Assembly (NCBI GenBank): GCA_038496445.1
Contig: JALMLS010000242.1
Location: 1 to 64,000, forward strand
Direction: 5' to 3'
Source of the DNA: Trichosphaerium sp. ATCC 40318
Lineage: Eukaryota; Protista; Tubulinea
DNA length: 64,000 nucleotides
The notes under the pieces are model-generated. The model was not told the DNA's origin. It did no database searches and saw nothing but the letters and a program-made list of their open reading frames with translations. The translations under genes were made by a program, and so were the position numbers. Below, one piece after another: positions 23,845-37,194 of this stretch (position 1 is its first letter; each line of letters opens with the position of its first letter).

Positions 23845-25531
23845 CAAGATCTTACAGATCTTGTCAGTTCTGGAAAACTACATCCACGTGTTTTTAACCA
23901 TTATTTTATTTTGTACATTGTTAGCAGTTCTGTTGACGTCCTCTAATGTTCATCAGTTGTCTCCTATACTCTAAAATGTACTACTACGCTATACTAATAC
24001 CGTACACTCAACGCAAGATACTGGAAGCGCTTGTAATTTTCTTTGAGATTTTAACGTTATCTCACCTTTAATACCTCTTGTAAATAAACTGTACTTCTAC
24101 ATTTCTACGGGAAAACTATTTTTTTTTTGCGGGAAAATTGTTCAAGTTGGTAACACCACCCAAAAGTTACATAGAAATATAGTTAGCTTTACCCTGACTC
24201 GATCATAGGTAGATTTATCTGTTCACGTGAAATGTCACGTGATTTGTTTTGAGCAGTTCACCGGGAAAAAACAACAATTCATCAAGCAAGTATAAATCTC
24301 AATCATCACAAACATCACAACCACTAGAACAACAACAACTAAAAAACCAAATGTCTAAAGCACCTAAGAAGAATGACCCAAAGTCGAAACCAACAAAGAA
24401 GGACAACGGAGAGAAACCAAATCTAAAGGAATGGATAAACCCCGACAAGAAAGCACCAAGCTTGAAAGATATCCTCAAAAAAGAACCTAAAGACAAGCAT
24501 CCTGCTAAATTCACACTTCCTTTGGAAGATGACAACATTAGACAATTATTACTGGCATGTTCACAAGACGTATACGACTTCAAAGAGCAGGGCAAGTTTA
24601 AGGATCATTTGAGGAACCTAAAAAAACAGAAGGAGTATTTTACAAGTGGTAACTTTATTCAATATGGATTGTACTTGGTTCTAAAAGGCAAGTACAAGAA
24701 CAAGAAGATACTTGCACTCAGAGGAACAGATTCGCTATTTGGTGAGTTTTTTTTTGATTTTTGGTTAAATAAATAATGTACTCATGTACTTTGTAGGTGT
24801 TGTACAAGATATCTCTCTGATTTACTCAGGACCTACAATCAGCAAGGCCAAAAGATGTGCTGTAGAAATAGCAAAGAAATCTGACGTGAACCCTGACTTT
24901 ATTACAGGTACACAAAAACAACAAGAGTGAAATTGGACCGTTGTAAAAACAAAAAAAAAACTAACTTTGGTTTTCCTTAAGGTCACTCACTTGGCGGAGC
25001 TCTTGCTGAAATGGTAGCTTCTGAAATACCACTCCCTGGCGCTTCATTTAATTCACCTGGAGTGTATTCTTGGTTCAAACTGTTTAATCTGTGCGGTGAA
25101 AGCAAAAAGTATGCTAGCGTTTTAAGATATGAAGTGCATTTGACCAAAGGTGACCTTGTTTCCAAGTTTGCTGGTTGCCGTTCCCCTGACAATGGGCATA
25201 TTGCAAAGCCAATATGGCACAAAGCTGTTGCGAAACCTGGTGGACCTAAGGAAGCAAAATGGAAGCATGCTATCAAGGGTTGTATTGCTAGAATTGGAGC
25301 ACTCGAGTAAGAATTGCAGTTCTTGGTATTAGAATAAAAAGACATCGATTTGTCAGAATAAACAAATTACCTTTTTAGATCGTAGTTTCTTTATTATCCT
25401 CCTAAAGCTTCTAAGGAAACTATACAATTTCAATTTTTATTGTAGCGGATACAACTAAGTTAATGACACCACCTTGTTCTATAATATGCGCTGACAACTA
25501 GGGTGTACATTCTGCGTTCTTATACAATTAC
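23845..25531. repeat. Right arm of the inverted duplication (partner 8275-10097)
   Basis: Reverse-complement match to the left arm. Short local repeats (AAAACTACAAGATC) sit at the inner boundary, 23795-23860. Confidence 0.93.
24351..25310 (+). CDS. Class-3 lipase-like alpha/beta hydrolase, copy 2
   Basis: Same exon structure and motifs as copy 1 (LALRGT, GHSLGG, SFNSPG, GDLVS). Confidence 0.8.
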
Positions 25532-26014
25532 TTTTACTTTTGTTCGCAAAAAACCCTAAATAGTTCACTCTTGGTTTACGTCACAACGACAATAAAGACA
25601 AAGGGCATCGTTGGAAAATTGAGCAGTACCTAAAGTAGTGTAGTTAGATATCTCTCATGTACCAGTTCAATTGTATAGTCCAGTGTTAGATGAAGTATAT
25701 TGATCACAAAGTATTGATGCATCCTTATTCCAAAACGAAAAAAACAGCTTCTTTATTAGGAAAGTACACGTGTACTTTCAACATGCTTTACTCAAAGGTT
25801 ACATGACACTTGTTCTCGTTGTCTCGACACCTTACTAATACAATAACATTGACGTAGATCAAATTAAACAACAGTGTGCGCTTGATTGAGCTAGCGGTGA
25901 TGTTGTGGTTATCTTTTAGAACAATACTCTGAACTCCCGCTAAAGGAGTGACACCATTCTAAGTATTATCAAGACAAGCTATAAACAGCGTGTCCCAGCA
26001 AGAAATGACATCAA

Positions 26015-26080
26015 GAATAATAGCATGGAAACCAGCAAGTGCTTTAACACCTTATCAGTTAATGAGACAAATAGTACTTT
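26015..26080 (-). pseudogene. LRR repeat remnant
   Basis: Reverse strand reads TDKGVKALAGFHAIIL, the unit seen in the F-box-LRR genes at 36 kb and 46 kb. Confidence 0.55.
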
Positions 26081-27157
26081 CGATGTACGTAGCTTATGAC
26101 AAGGATTTAGCGAAGCTGTCAGTTTCGAATAAAAATACAACTGCAGTGATTATCTTGTCTTGGAATTGACTTAGACTATCGTTGCTACAACGAAACAAAT
26201 TGCATAAACTCGACCAAAAATACCTTTAGATAACACTTTTCTCCTCATTAGTATATCTTGACTTGCAAGTACACCTAATATTCACCTTTGGTGAACGCTA
26301 TTTTGTACTACAATCTATTCACCACACCACAAAAGGTCACTCTTATTTTCCATTAAACTTTTATTGTACGGATTTGACATGAAATAACGATTTTTTAAAA
26401 GACCACCCCCGAGTAGCTTTCTTTCTTTTGTACATGTTAAGTACTCTATACTTATACACTAATGTTATCTTGCAGAGTTTCAAAAGGCTACGTAAGTAGT
26501 AACGTTCTCAAACTCTGGAATTCGAATATTGTAATAATACACGTATAAAGATTTTATTAATAAAAATAGAACAAACAAAAGTGCTATTTTGGTGTGCAAC
26601 AATGAAAATAGGATAGTATTATTCCGTTCTCAAAGCGGCAACAATATGTGCAGTAGCAATTTCTCCGTGATTGACCAAACTGACTTCCATTTTTGCAATT
26701 TGAACCACCCTTAATTGAAGGCTTTGAACACATCTATGTGTACGTAATTGACATTTACAGCCTTTGGGGGTATAAAAAACGCCACAAACATATGTGGGGT
26801 CAAGGAAAAAGCACTAACAGAAACGACAACTGTAAAGTTGAATCTTTTTGGTATTCGTTTTATTCAAAACTGCAAATAATTCCTAATTTGAGAACGCTAC
26901 TATGTAGTTAAAAATACAAACCCCAACACCCCTTGAACAATTACAATGGCCTCTAAAAATAAACTCATTCCGAGATTTCTGCAAGAAATTTACAATTTTT
27001 GCAATTTTGAAGTTAAAAAGGTGGAGAAATGTGTAAAAAAAGCAGCTCAAAAAACCTCTCTTCTCACCCACTTAGACCATGTTTGCTGTCAAGCCTCCAC
27101 AAAAATTCTTGTATTTTCTCATCTTGCGCTAAAAATAACAAATCAGACTTTCATACA

Positions 27158-28324
27158 ATGATTAAAGCACTTGCGATTCTATTTACTCTAATTTCCTTGA
27201 CGCACTCACTAAGTAAGTCAATGATGTTTTAGCTCTACCATTGTGTTAAACGAAAAAGAGAAATAAATGTATGGAGGCTGAAAACTAAGTATGTGGTAGG
27301 TGTAGGCGATAGAGGAGCTTGTACGATAACACATTAAATGACCAATCTCTTGGCACCGTCTGCCCTAGTAAACAACCCTGATTTTATTGTTAACGATACA
27401 GCAATAGAATATCGTAACGAGTTTGTCTCAACTATAGTTGTTGATATAAACACAGACTCGTTTCAATTAACCATGTCATCAATGTTTCGACAAACTACAA
27501 CCGACATCTTTTTAATTGCATGTGTTATGGAGCAACCAGTTATTGTTGAAGGTACGGTGTTAAAAAAGTAGGATGAACATTAAAATAGAATTTGTGTTCT
27601 ATTTTTGTGTCATAGAGGCTATATATACCATTTTTTTTCGACTTTGTTTTTGTAACTATTTGAAAACTAAAATCTGAGACTTCGCTCAAGCTAATGACGT
27701 GTGACTTAAGTTGATCGACTTAGCTTCTTTTTTTTTTTTTGATTGAAAACGTTTGCAGTCACAGTGATAATAGTACTATATCTAACGCTTTAACTACAGG
27801 TATATCATTGGTTTCTTCTAATTTCACCAATAATCCCGTAAATCCTTCCTTCAATCAAACAACATTCAGGTGTGTAATTATCAAATTGAGACTGTTGTTT
27901 TAACTTTTTTAATAGTTTCGTAATACCCATTACAGACTTTCCTCCAGGTTTGTATGAACTGGAATATAGCATAGCTTCATCAAGAGCGCCAACGACACTA
28001 CCACCTACAACATTACCTCCTACGACACTACCACCTACAACATTACCACCTACAACACTACCTCCTACTCTAGCTCCTACAACTCTAACTCCTACTCTAC
28101 CTCCTACAACAGCGCCTCCAACAACACTGCCGCCAACAACACTGCCGCCAAATATGCCACCTTCAAACGTATTTCAATCAACTCCAACTCCTACAACACA
28201 AGAACCAACTGCCGTTCCAACACAATCTCCTGTAACTCAGCTGTGTTCTTCGTCACAACAATTGAAGTCTATCAATCTTGTGTTTTACGTTTCTTTTGTA
28301 GCACTGTTATGTTTACTTTTGTAA
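27158..28324 (+). CDS. Secreted, probably GPI-anchored mucin-like protein with TTLPP repeats
   Basis: Signal peptide MIKALAILFTLISLTHS; globular N-terminal exons; (TTLPP)n at 27990-28160; hydrophobic C-terminal tail. Confidence 0.8.
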
Positions 28325-28419
28325 AGCATGTGTATTTGAATTGAATAAAAATTAATGAGAAAATAGATCTCTATCACATTCCTATTAAATATCTAGATAA
28401 TATGTTAAACAATGGCACG

Positions 28420-28480
28420 TGGTTAAGCAAGTAGTATGAACATGTTTGAGTGCTTTAACACCTTCATCTGTGCATGAAGT
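28420..28480 (-). pseudogene. LRR repeat remnant
   Basis: Reverse strand reads TDEGVKALKHVHT. Confidence 0.5.
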
Positions 28481-28560
28481 TTACTGGTGTCGCCTTCATC
28501 TATTGTTCAAAGAATTGAGTTGATTATAGTTGTTGTGAAGTGTACTCTATTTGTTTAATT

Positions 28561-29968
28561 TTACTTTATATGTACACTTGAAGATGCAGCATCCCTTCTT
28601 ACAACATTGAGTTCAATAAAGTATGCATACTGTGATAGAATAATAAAAATTCTTCTATACCAAACAAATTGAGATTTATGTTTTGTCATCGCTCTCCAGC
28701 TACGCCATGGCGTCTTACTTGCCAAAACAAGATGTGAATTTAATCTATAATAATATATTAATAATGTTTTATACAAAATATACATCATATGGTTGGTACC
28801 TATGAGATGGCTTGAAGTCAAGTAAAAGTCTTAACCAAGATGTAAATTTCATGAAAAAAGATTGTGTTTTTAAAGTGTAGTAACTAATCTTGTTGTATAA
28901 ATGTTCTTGTGAATGACATATAACCCCATTATATGTATCAATATGATTTGGATGACCTGAAACACCTATAAATAGCGTAAATTGACAGGACTCTCAGAGA
29001 ACTTCAAAATTCAGTTAAAATAAAATATTTTTGTTACAAACCTCCTTTATCAAACGTCACAATAACTGTGCATTTTAGTTCTTTGGCTATGTCTTCTATA
29101 CGCTTAGATATTTCAAAAGCGTCCCATTTCTTATCGAAACCATCTGGAAAGTTACCAAGACGTACTCTAAGAGGTACGTCAAACAACAACGGAACAGAAA
29201 AATATGACTAAAAAAACGGCAAAAAAAAACCACAAAAGAACAGCCAAGAAATCAACAACATCTCTATGTGTGGCCATTAAATGACGCTATAAACATTCAA
29301 AATATACTAGAGATAATCTCTAGACTTCCAAAGCTTCGTCTCAAACAGCTTTTTTGATGAAGGCAAAAAAAAATGTTCAGAGTTTAAACTTTTGTTTCAC
29401 ATTACCTGTCTGGAGTTATTCCCCATGTTGTCGCTGCGTTATATAATTCTACGTTCCTTCTTGGTTCTAATCCAACACTCAGACACAATATAACTGTTAT
29501 TTAAAGTCAGTAATCCGAAGAAGAAAAAAACCACGTTGTGCGCGTTTTACGATGTCAAAAACCGACGTTACGTACAAACGCGAGACCCATAGAGCTCTAG
29601 AAGGGGAGAAAAGAACATTGACTCGTCATCAGGATGAGCCTAAAAGTCTGTTTAAATAATAAATCATGTACATTTGCGTTGTTTAGAGAGTATTGGAGCA
29701 GTGTAGAGTGAAAACAAAAGAAATGAGTGACGTTTAATCTGTTTGATGTAAAAAGCGTACGGTTACTAGCAGTATAGTATCTCCACGCATTAAAAAGGTG
29801 TTTGACGCAGTATTATGCTTTGCAAGGCGTAACAATCTGAAATGGTACTACAAATAGGTGTGAATACGCGGGTACGCCGCTAGCGCGTTGGTAGCGTACA
29901 CCAAACCATCCAAAAGCCAAACAAATACAAATTGCAATTATCTCGCTAAGAAGTAATACTGATAACAT
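28561..29968 (-). CDS. PIGL: N-acetylglucosaminyl-phosphatidylinositol de-N-acetylase (GPI biosynthesis)
   Basis: N-terminal TM; ILLVT|AHPDDESMFFSP; VCLSVG; FPDG...W; IVTFDKGG|VSGHPNHID; AMTKHKSQFVWYRRIFIILSQY. Confidence 0.92.
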
Positions 29969-30171
29969 TATGGTCCTCAGAGCGGCGCCAGCCGAAAAAT
30001 TGCCGATAAGCGCCTGTTTATGTAGTACTGGAACAACGCATTAATCTGAAGCCATCCAAGGGCTGTAAGGTGGCCGTAGTCGTAAAACGAGTTGAAAAGG
30101 TAGTTAAGCCAATATGATGAAAAGCGGTCAATCCTCCGCTTTATCCGCAATCAAATACACCTTGCTACGCT

Positions 30172-30426
30172 ATGGAGAATCAAACTAACACTACAAACAT
30201 AGCGAAAGACACCACAGTCGTAGCTCCCGCTAAACCAAAGCTTAAGATTTGCTGTGCATGCCCAGAGGTACTTTAAAAGCGATTTGTATGCAAAGTCGCG
30301 ATTCTTACGAGTATTCAGACAAAAAAAATACGAGATAACTGTATCGTTATGAACGGCGAGGAACAGTGCGGTGATCTCATCGAGAACCATAAACAATGCC
30401 TAAGAGACGCTGGTTTCATAGTGTGA
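30172..30426 (+). CDS. COX17: Cytochrome c oxidase copper chaperone
   Basis: Two exons giving ...KPKLKICCACPE|TKKIRDNCIVMNGEEQCGDLIENHKQCLRDAGFIV* (CCxC plus twin Cx9C). Confidence 0.96.
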
Positions 30427-30768
30427 GTTTACAACTTTCATAACAACGCAAAAAATGCACTTGACGCTCTCTATACACCCGTAACGTATTAAACAGGCGT
30501 TTAAAAACAATTTTTTTCCATTACTCGCCTAAACCATCACCTTGTATACATAAACGTGTATTCTATTATACTATTAGTACTACAAACGTCTAGCACTCAA
30601 TAACGGCTTTAACAACGAAAAATGTTTTGCTTTTTTTTTTCAATTTCGCGACTTTTTGTTGACCGACACAGAAAAAGTCGTACATTAGTATTATGTTCGC
30701 CTTCTAGCCCGCGGCAACTCGTTCACACGTATATTACGTCATAGGGTTTATACTACATTGATTCTATA

Positions 30769-33700
30769 ATGAATAATCGCCTACAGGGCTCAACAATCAA
30801 GCGTATCGAAGCAGGTGTTAAAAAACTATGTAATGATATTGTTGCGACATGCAGGTAACTTTATAAACCACGTGTGTTCTATTTCGAAATATTTTTTTTT
30901 GGCTCTTTTTTTTTTTTTTTTTTTCAATCATTTCCTAATCGTAACCTCTCTTGTTCTGGATTTTATTACCTTTTAAACAATTATAGGGGTGTTATTGTAT
31001 CTCTTACGGATAAATCAGCTTTGGAAAAGTACACTACTCTGTACGAGACGCGCATCACATCAACTTTTTAGGCTTTTTTCTTTTGGTTATTTTTTGGAAG
31101 TCGCTTTCGCTGTTGGTTGAACCCGTGTGTCGCTCGTCTCACTTTTTATAGGGGATTGAGACAAGTACAGAAACTTAGTTCTATGACAAATACTCTGAGA
31201 AATATAAATGACAAGAAAGGGACTCAGGCCGCTCCTGCATTGCTTGAGTTTTCAAAGACAATAGATAGTTTGAAACAAACTGTACTTAAGCTTATAAACG
31301 CTGCAAGCAGAGTAAGTGTAGCTACAAATGGAAGTAGTAACTTAGTCAATAACGAAAGAAATGATCTAGTAGCTATTAGAGAGCACGTGGTACGTAATCA
31401 CAAAAGCAAACAATTTTTTTTCGCAAATAACAATTTTTTTTTTTCAAAAGGTAATGGCAATGGCGATTGCTTCAGCGCTTAAAGATCAAGCTTGTAGAGT
31501 ATTCTCAGAGAAATTCTGGGTAACAAAACCAAATAGAGTAAGTTTGACAAATCACGTGACTGTTAATGCTAAAATTTGTTTGACAGTCTAAATCTGTGCC
31601 GCCAAAATTTCAAAGATACAACCGTATTCGCACCATCGCTGGTAGTACTGTTTCAGCGAAGAGGCCTAATTTATACCCTAAAAAGAGTCCAGAGTCAGCG
31701 CGTAGGCGTTATAATGGGGAGCAAAGTGTTAATTTAGCCAAGAGTCGCATCAACCATAGCAACAGAGCTCCATCTAAAAGCAATAAAGCGCCACCTAAAA
31801 CATCATCGATAACGAAAAAAATACCAACAATCAAAGAGCCTAAAATTGCTATCAAAGCGGAGACACGTGAAGATATAGAAAAGATAGAAGAGGTTAATTC
31901 AAAACACGTGATTAATTTATTTTTAAATAATCGTTCGTTCTAGATCACTAAGAGGCTACGAGACGGAAAATCTGGTATTGTTGTTAAGAACCACAAGCTT
32001 TTGTATAGGTGCATTATCTATTTTTTTTTTGAAACAGTTTTAGCTAAGTTCGTTTTGGCTTAACTCCTTTGTTTTGGACGCTGGAGATTTGTTTGAGTGT
32101 TTATTTTATTTAGGACATATAAGGAATGCTTTAAAGGATCTGAATTAGTTGATTGGATGGTTAATAAAAACTTGGCACCTTCAAGAGCTCATGCTGAGTT
32201 TTTCGGAAATAAGCTTTTAATAGAAAATGTAATCCAACATGTCACGAAAGGTAAGGAACTACTTGTAGGTTCTACTTAAAACCTTTGGTTTAATTGATTG
32301 TTATTATTACAGATAATATATTCAAAGACAGGGATATTGCATTCTATAGATTTACAGAAGACGTCCCGGATATGGTAAGTTTCTTGCAACTGTGTTCAAC
32401 TCTTTTTTTTCTTTTGCGTTTTCTTTCATGATTGTGACACCCATTCGCTTAAATCTTGTTTGTATATCCATATGAGCCATATATCGCCATAAACATTTAG
32501 TGTTGTAAAACAATATAGAGACCCTTGAACTTACAAACAACCGAACCTTCTTTTTTTTTTTGACACATTTTATCTAATGTTAATTTTTTTTGTTGTATCT
32601 TAGTACGCCTTGGCAGATGTCATGAAAGTTTTGGACGCGTATTTTAGTAAAGATATGAGAACTACATGGTATATAGGTATTTAGAAAACTTGAAAAAATA
32701 TCACGTGTGAATATTTATAAATATTATGTGAAAAGATACAAAGAAAGAGCTGGATCCATATGGATTTATAATACCTGAACAAGTACTTTGAAACTTGGTT
32801 TTAATTTTTTTTTTAACTGACGCCCTTTTTAGTTCCAAAAAAAGACGAATTCGTTCTTACCAAAATACGTTGAAACTATGGCTAACATGCATGACAAATG
32901 GTAAGTAAGAGAATGAGGCAAGACTCGCATAAAAGAGAATTATAAAAAACCTAAAATTTTGTGGTTTTTTTTTCTCTCTTTATGAGTTAAGTTTTTTTTT
33001 ACTAACAATTGAAATCAAGGGCAGCGTTTCATAATAGAAATATCAATAGAAAACTATTTGCAGGAACAAACCTTACTCATTCTGAACGTCATCAATTTAA
33101 ACATTTAGCAAGACTTGGATTTCCAGCGCAAATACGCGGTACTGTATGAAAGCCATCCAAAAAAAAAAATCCAAAAAAAAAAAATCCTTTAAACCTTTCT
33201 GCATGCGTTTTAAGTTGATTACTTTTAGTTTTGGACGTTATGCTCAGGAGCTGATAAAAAGCGTTCTCAGAAGAGTAATAATTATTATAAACAAATTTTC
33301 CAGAGAGAGAAAGTATCAAAAGCGAACGCACAACAAATCTTGAAGGCACAAAAAAAAAAAAAAATCAGACACCAGTTTCTTTCGAAAAGTCTTGTTTTTT
33401 GTTTTGTGGTACAACCACTGAACTTCTTTATTGCCAACAATTAATCTTTGATAACTCTTTTAACAACTAGATCGAAATATTTTTAATTTTGTGAGCAGAG
33501 CACCAAAGTGTCATGCCGCAAAGAAATTTCCTTATTTTTTTGAAACAAACTTGCTTTTGATCAAACCAAAAGAGTCTTTGTCGATATGTCTCACATATCT
33601 CCTTTAGGATATAACAAGAACATTCCCAACTAATAAAAGATTTGATAAAAAGCGCCAACAACAACTAAAAAGAATACTTGAGGCATACAGTTGCCATGAC

Positions 33701-34584
33701 AAAGAAATAGGTAAGACAAAGAAAAAAAAAAACCCATAAAACAACTTTACCTACAACTTAACTTATTGATTCAAAAGGCTACTGTCAGGGAATGAACTTT
33801 ATCGCTGGTATGTTACTTTTATTCTTTAATGATGAAGAAGATGCATTTTGGGTACTAGCAGCGATTCTAGAGGACATACTACCAGGATCATACCATGCCA
33901 AAGTAAGCTTGCTTTTTTTTTTTTTCATGGCGGCTATATTTATTGTTCGTGCTTATGCTGAACTCTAGGGTATGGCTGCATTGAGATGCGATGTTACAGT
34001 ACTTCAAATACTTGTCAGAAAAGAGCTTCCACGTGTTTACAACCACCTACAAGCGAATGATGTGCCATGGATGCTTGTTGGTAGTAAATGGCTTATGCCT
34101 CTTTTTGTACTTGGATTACCAACTGAGGCACGTGATTACATGATTTTTTAGCTATCTAAAATTTTCACGTGATTATTTGGTGTTTTTTTATTAATACACG
34201 TGATATTTAGAGCCTTTTACGAGTATGGGACGTATTTTTTCTTGAAGGTTCTCAAGTTTTATTGGGCGCTGCTTTGGCAATTTTAAAGATTTGTAAAGAT
34301 GATATCCTTGCAGCTACTGATCAAACTGAGTTGTTCGCAATGATTGCTAATTTGCCAAATACTATTTATGATTGTGAAGAACTATTAAAGGCACGGTAGT
34401 TAATAGAGATTCTTTAAACAAGTTTCAAGCATTGAAAAAAGTTCTTTTTTTTGTTCTAATAATAACTTTCTTCAACAAATAGGTGTGCATGTCCTTTAAG
34501 TTAAAGAAAATCGATAAAATGAGGAGACAACAGCTAGCATCTTACATTGATGAACGGGGAGAGTCAAGTTCAAGAAAATCCTAA
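30769..34584 (+). CDS. DEP-domain + TBC (Rab-GAP) protein with helical N-terminus
   Basis: DEP: TYKECFKGSELVDWM...SRAHAEFFGNKLL...IQHV...FKD...FYRF. TBC: DITRTFP (Arg finger), GYCQGMNF (Gln finger), EEDAFW, LRVWDVFFLEG. Confidence 0.9.
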
Positions 34585-35708
34585 CAAATGACAACTGCTC
34601 AATCAATAAATTATCAAAATCCTTCTGACTGGAGTAGTATGGTAAAATTTGTTACTAGAATCTATCTCAGAAAGCCTATGCAAGCATACTCTTGAGATTC
34701 ATCAGAAAACATACCTGTTCACGTGTCTTTTTAAAACATATTAGGTAGGTCACAATGATGTTGAACACTTGCCACTTTTTTAACTGTAACTTAACAACAT
34801 TGTTTTGTTCGTCTAGATTCTTGCGGATAGGCAAATTCTTTTGCAATATCCACCCAAAGTCCAATAGCTCGTACACGCAATGCTCCTTGTTTTGTGAATC
34901 CTGCGTACACTACATATGTTTTACATCCCAAGTTACGTTGTCACTGTACGTTTTCCGCCCAGCACACAGCGATAAACAAAGATCAGTTCAACGATAAAAG
35001 AAACACTATTTGAGCATCCCTACTGCCCTAAACACATCTAAAAATGCGTAATACATGTCCTTTTGTTTCTAGTTTGGGTTTTTAATTGTACATGGCACAA
35101 AGAATTGTTATTAGTATTATTTATAACGTGTACCTTGTGGTGGTAAAATTTTGGGGAGTAAAAGTGACTTGTGCCTGATTTAGGTTTTTGTTACAAAGTT
35201 ACGTGAAACCACAAGTCTCATACTAGCGTACAACAACTGACCTGTAACTCCTTAAAACCATTCTATTAGCTAATGTAGATGTAATTGGAGTGTGTCAGTA
35301 CAAAAGGTAGAGTTTACACTATAAAACAAGCAAAGTTCCTCCCAACCACATTACTTACGCATAAGAAACGTCACCAAATAGTTTTGATTTCCAGAGATAG
35401 TTTTTTTGGATGTTTACAGCGTACTGGCAATGGTTTGGAGCCAGTACGACCATACATATGCACTTTTTTCCCAGTGGGGCCAATAAGACGCACGTACAGA
35501 GATAATTTTACCCTCAGGAGCTACAAAACTTCTGCACATAGCGATATAGGCACTTAGAGAGCAGTGGAGTACAAGGAAACTTTGTGTTTGGAAAATACCA
35601 TGAACGATTTTGACTATCTGCGCATATCTCGAAGTTTGACAATTGCTTGACTTGACTTGCTTAAACACGTGGCAACTTTTTTAATACATACACACAACGT
35701 AATAAATC

Positions 35709-37194
35709 ATGAGCTTCACAGGTATTTCAATTGATGAAGCATTCGACTACTATCATACAAACCATTCAGAAGAATTCAACAAGGTTATGTCTGAACAAAG
35801 CCAGACATTCATAAAACGACTTGAAACAACGTTAAATATCGTAAACGATAGCATTGTAAAACAACTCGATAATATCCTGTTGAAACAAACAGATACCTCC
35901 TTGAAACGACCTAATCATGTAACTCTTGTGGAAAATGATGTTTCGTCATCAAAACGAAAACAGCTTCAAGAGTAAGTCGTTCTTTTTTCATTAAATTAAG
36001 GCTCTCTTCAGAGCTCGTTCAGAAAAATTTTGGCAATTGCTTATTTCTAAGAAATCACGTTATTGTGTTTCGAGATGCCGTTTTTTTTTTGTTTCTTGTA
36101 TCTTTGTGCTAATGACCATAGTATACAACCTACATTGGCGCTCAAAGAACCAAGTATTGTTGATTTTCCACCAGAGGTTATTTCAAATATCTTACGTCAA
36201 ACAGAAGCAAAATCAAGATTCAGTGTTGCTCAATCATGTCACTTGATGGCTGACATCATCCATGACATTGTTGGATATGACATAGTTTATCTTAAAAGTG
36301 TTTCTGATGTTTTACGGATAAGAGAGTACAAGGGTATCATGAGAAACACTACAATTGCATTCAACACCTTACTTAACTCAAAAACTTTATATTCACTATT
36401 ATCTGGTTGTAAATACCTTAATATATGGAGTAAATATCACAAATGTCATATAACTGATGAAAATCTTGTAGAGCTTGCAGGTGTACATACAATCACCCTT
36501 AATGGTAGTGCTATAACAGACTATGGTATTGAACAACTCAAAGGAGTCCATACAATTAATCTTGAGAATTGTTATGGTCTGAAAGGTGAAGGTATCAAAG
36601 CACTTGAAGGTGTTCACTCAATTATCCTTAAAAGTACATTGATTACAGATGAAGGGATAAAGGAGTTACACAATGTGCATACAATCAATATCAGTAATAC
36701 TTCAGTTACTGATGAAGGTATCAAAGCTTTAAAAGGTGTACATACCCTCGAGCTTCAAAGCACTCATGTTACAGATGACGGCATTAAAGCACTTCAAGGT
36801 GTTCATACAATTGATCTTCGTGGGTGAATCTTTTACGGATGAAGGAATCAAAGCGTTAAATGGTGTGCATATAATCAACCTCAGTAAAAGTTCAGTTACA
36901 GATGAAGGTGTCAAAGCACTCAAAAATGTTCATTCAATCAACCTCAGCTGTACTTCAGTTACAGATGAAGGTGTCAAAGCACTCAAAAATGTTCATTCAA
37001 TCAACCTCAGCTATACTTCAGTTACTGATGAAGGTGTCAAAGCACTCAAAAATGTTCATTCAATCAACCTCAGCTATACTTCAGTTACTGATGAAGGTGT
37101 CAAAGCACTCAAAAATGTTCGTGCTATCTCTCTTTTTCGTTGTAAGAATGTGACATTTGAATATGTTCAATCACTAAAGATACCTAAATTTTAG
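35709..37194 (+). CDS. F-box + 22-aa LRR protein (frameshift at ~36822)
   Basis: Probable exon 1 at 35709-35971; F-box SIVDFPPEVISNIL; repeats ITDEGIKALKGVHTINLS. One extra G in CGTGGGTGAA splits the ORF. Confidence 0.8.
36885..37120 (+). repeat. Near-perfect 66-bp coding tandem repeat (~3.5 units)
   Basis: TCAGTTAC(A/T)GATGAAGGTGTCAAAGCACTCAAAAATGTTCATTCAATCAACCTCAGC.. repeated. Confidence 0.92.

Noticed and set aside
8275-25531. Polinton/Maverick or other autonomous transposon defined by the long inverted repeats
   Set aside because: No integrase, protein-primed polymerase, capsid, packaging ATPase or transposase motifs inside. The arms contain an intron-bearing host-type gene, and no target-site duplication was seen.
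36885-37120. CRISPR-like array (also the 69-bp units at 48.9-49.7 kb)
   Set aside because: The units are in-frame coding repeats (LRR, MORN) without unique spacers; the context is eukaryotic and no cas genes are present.
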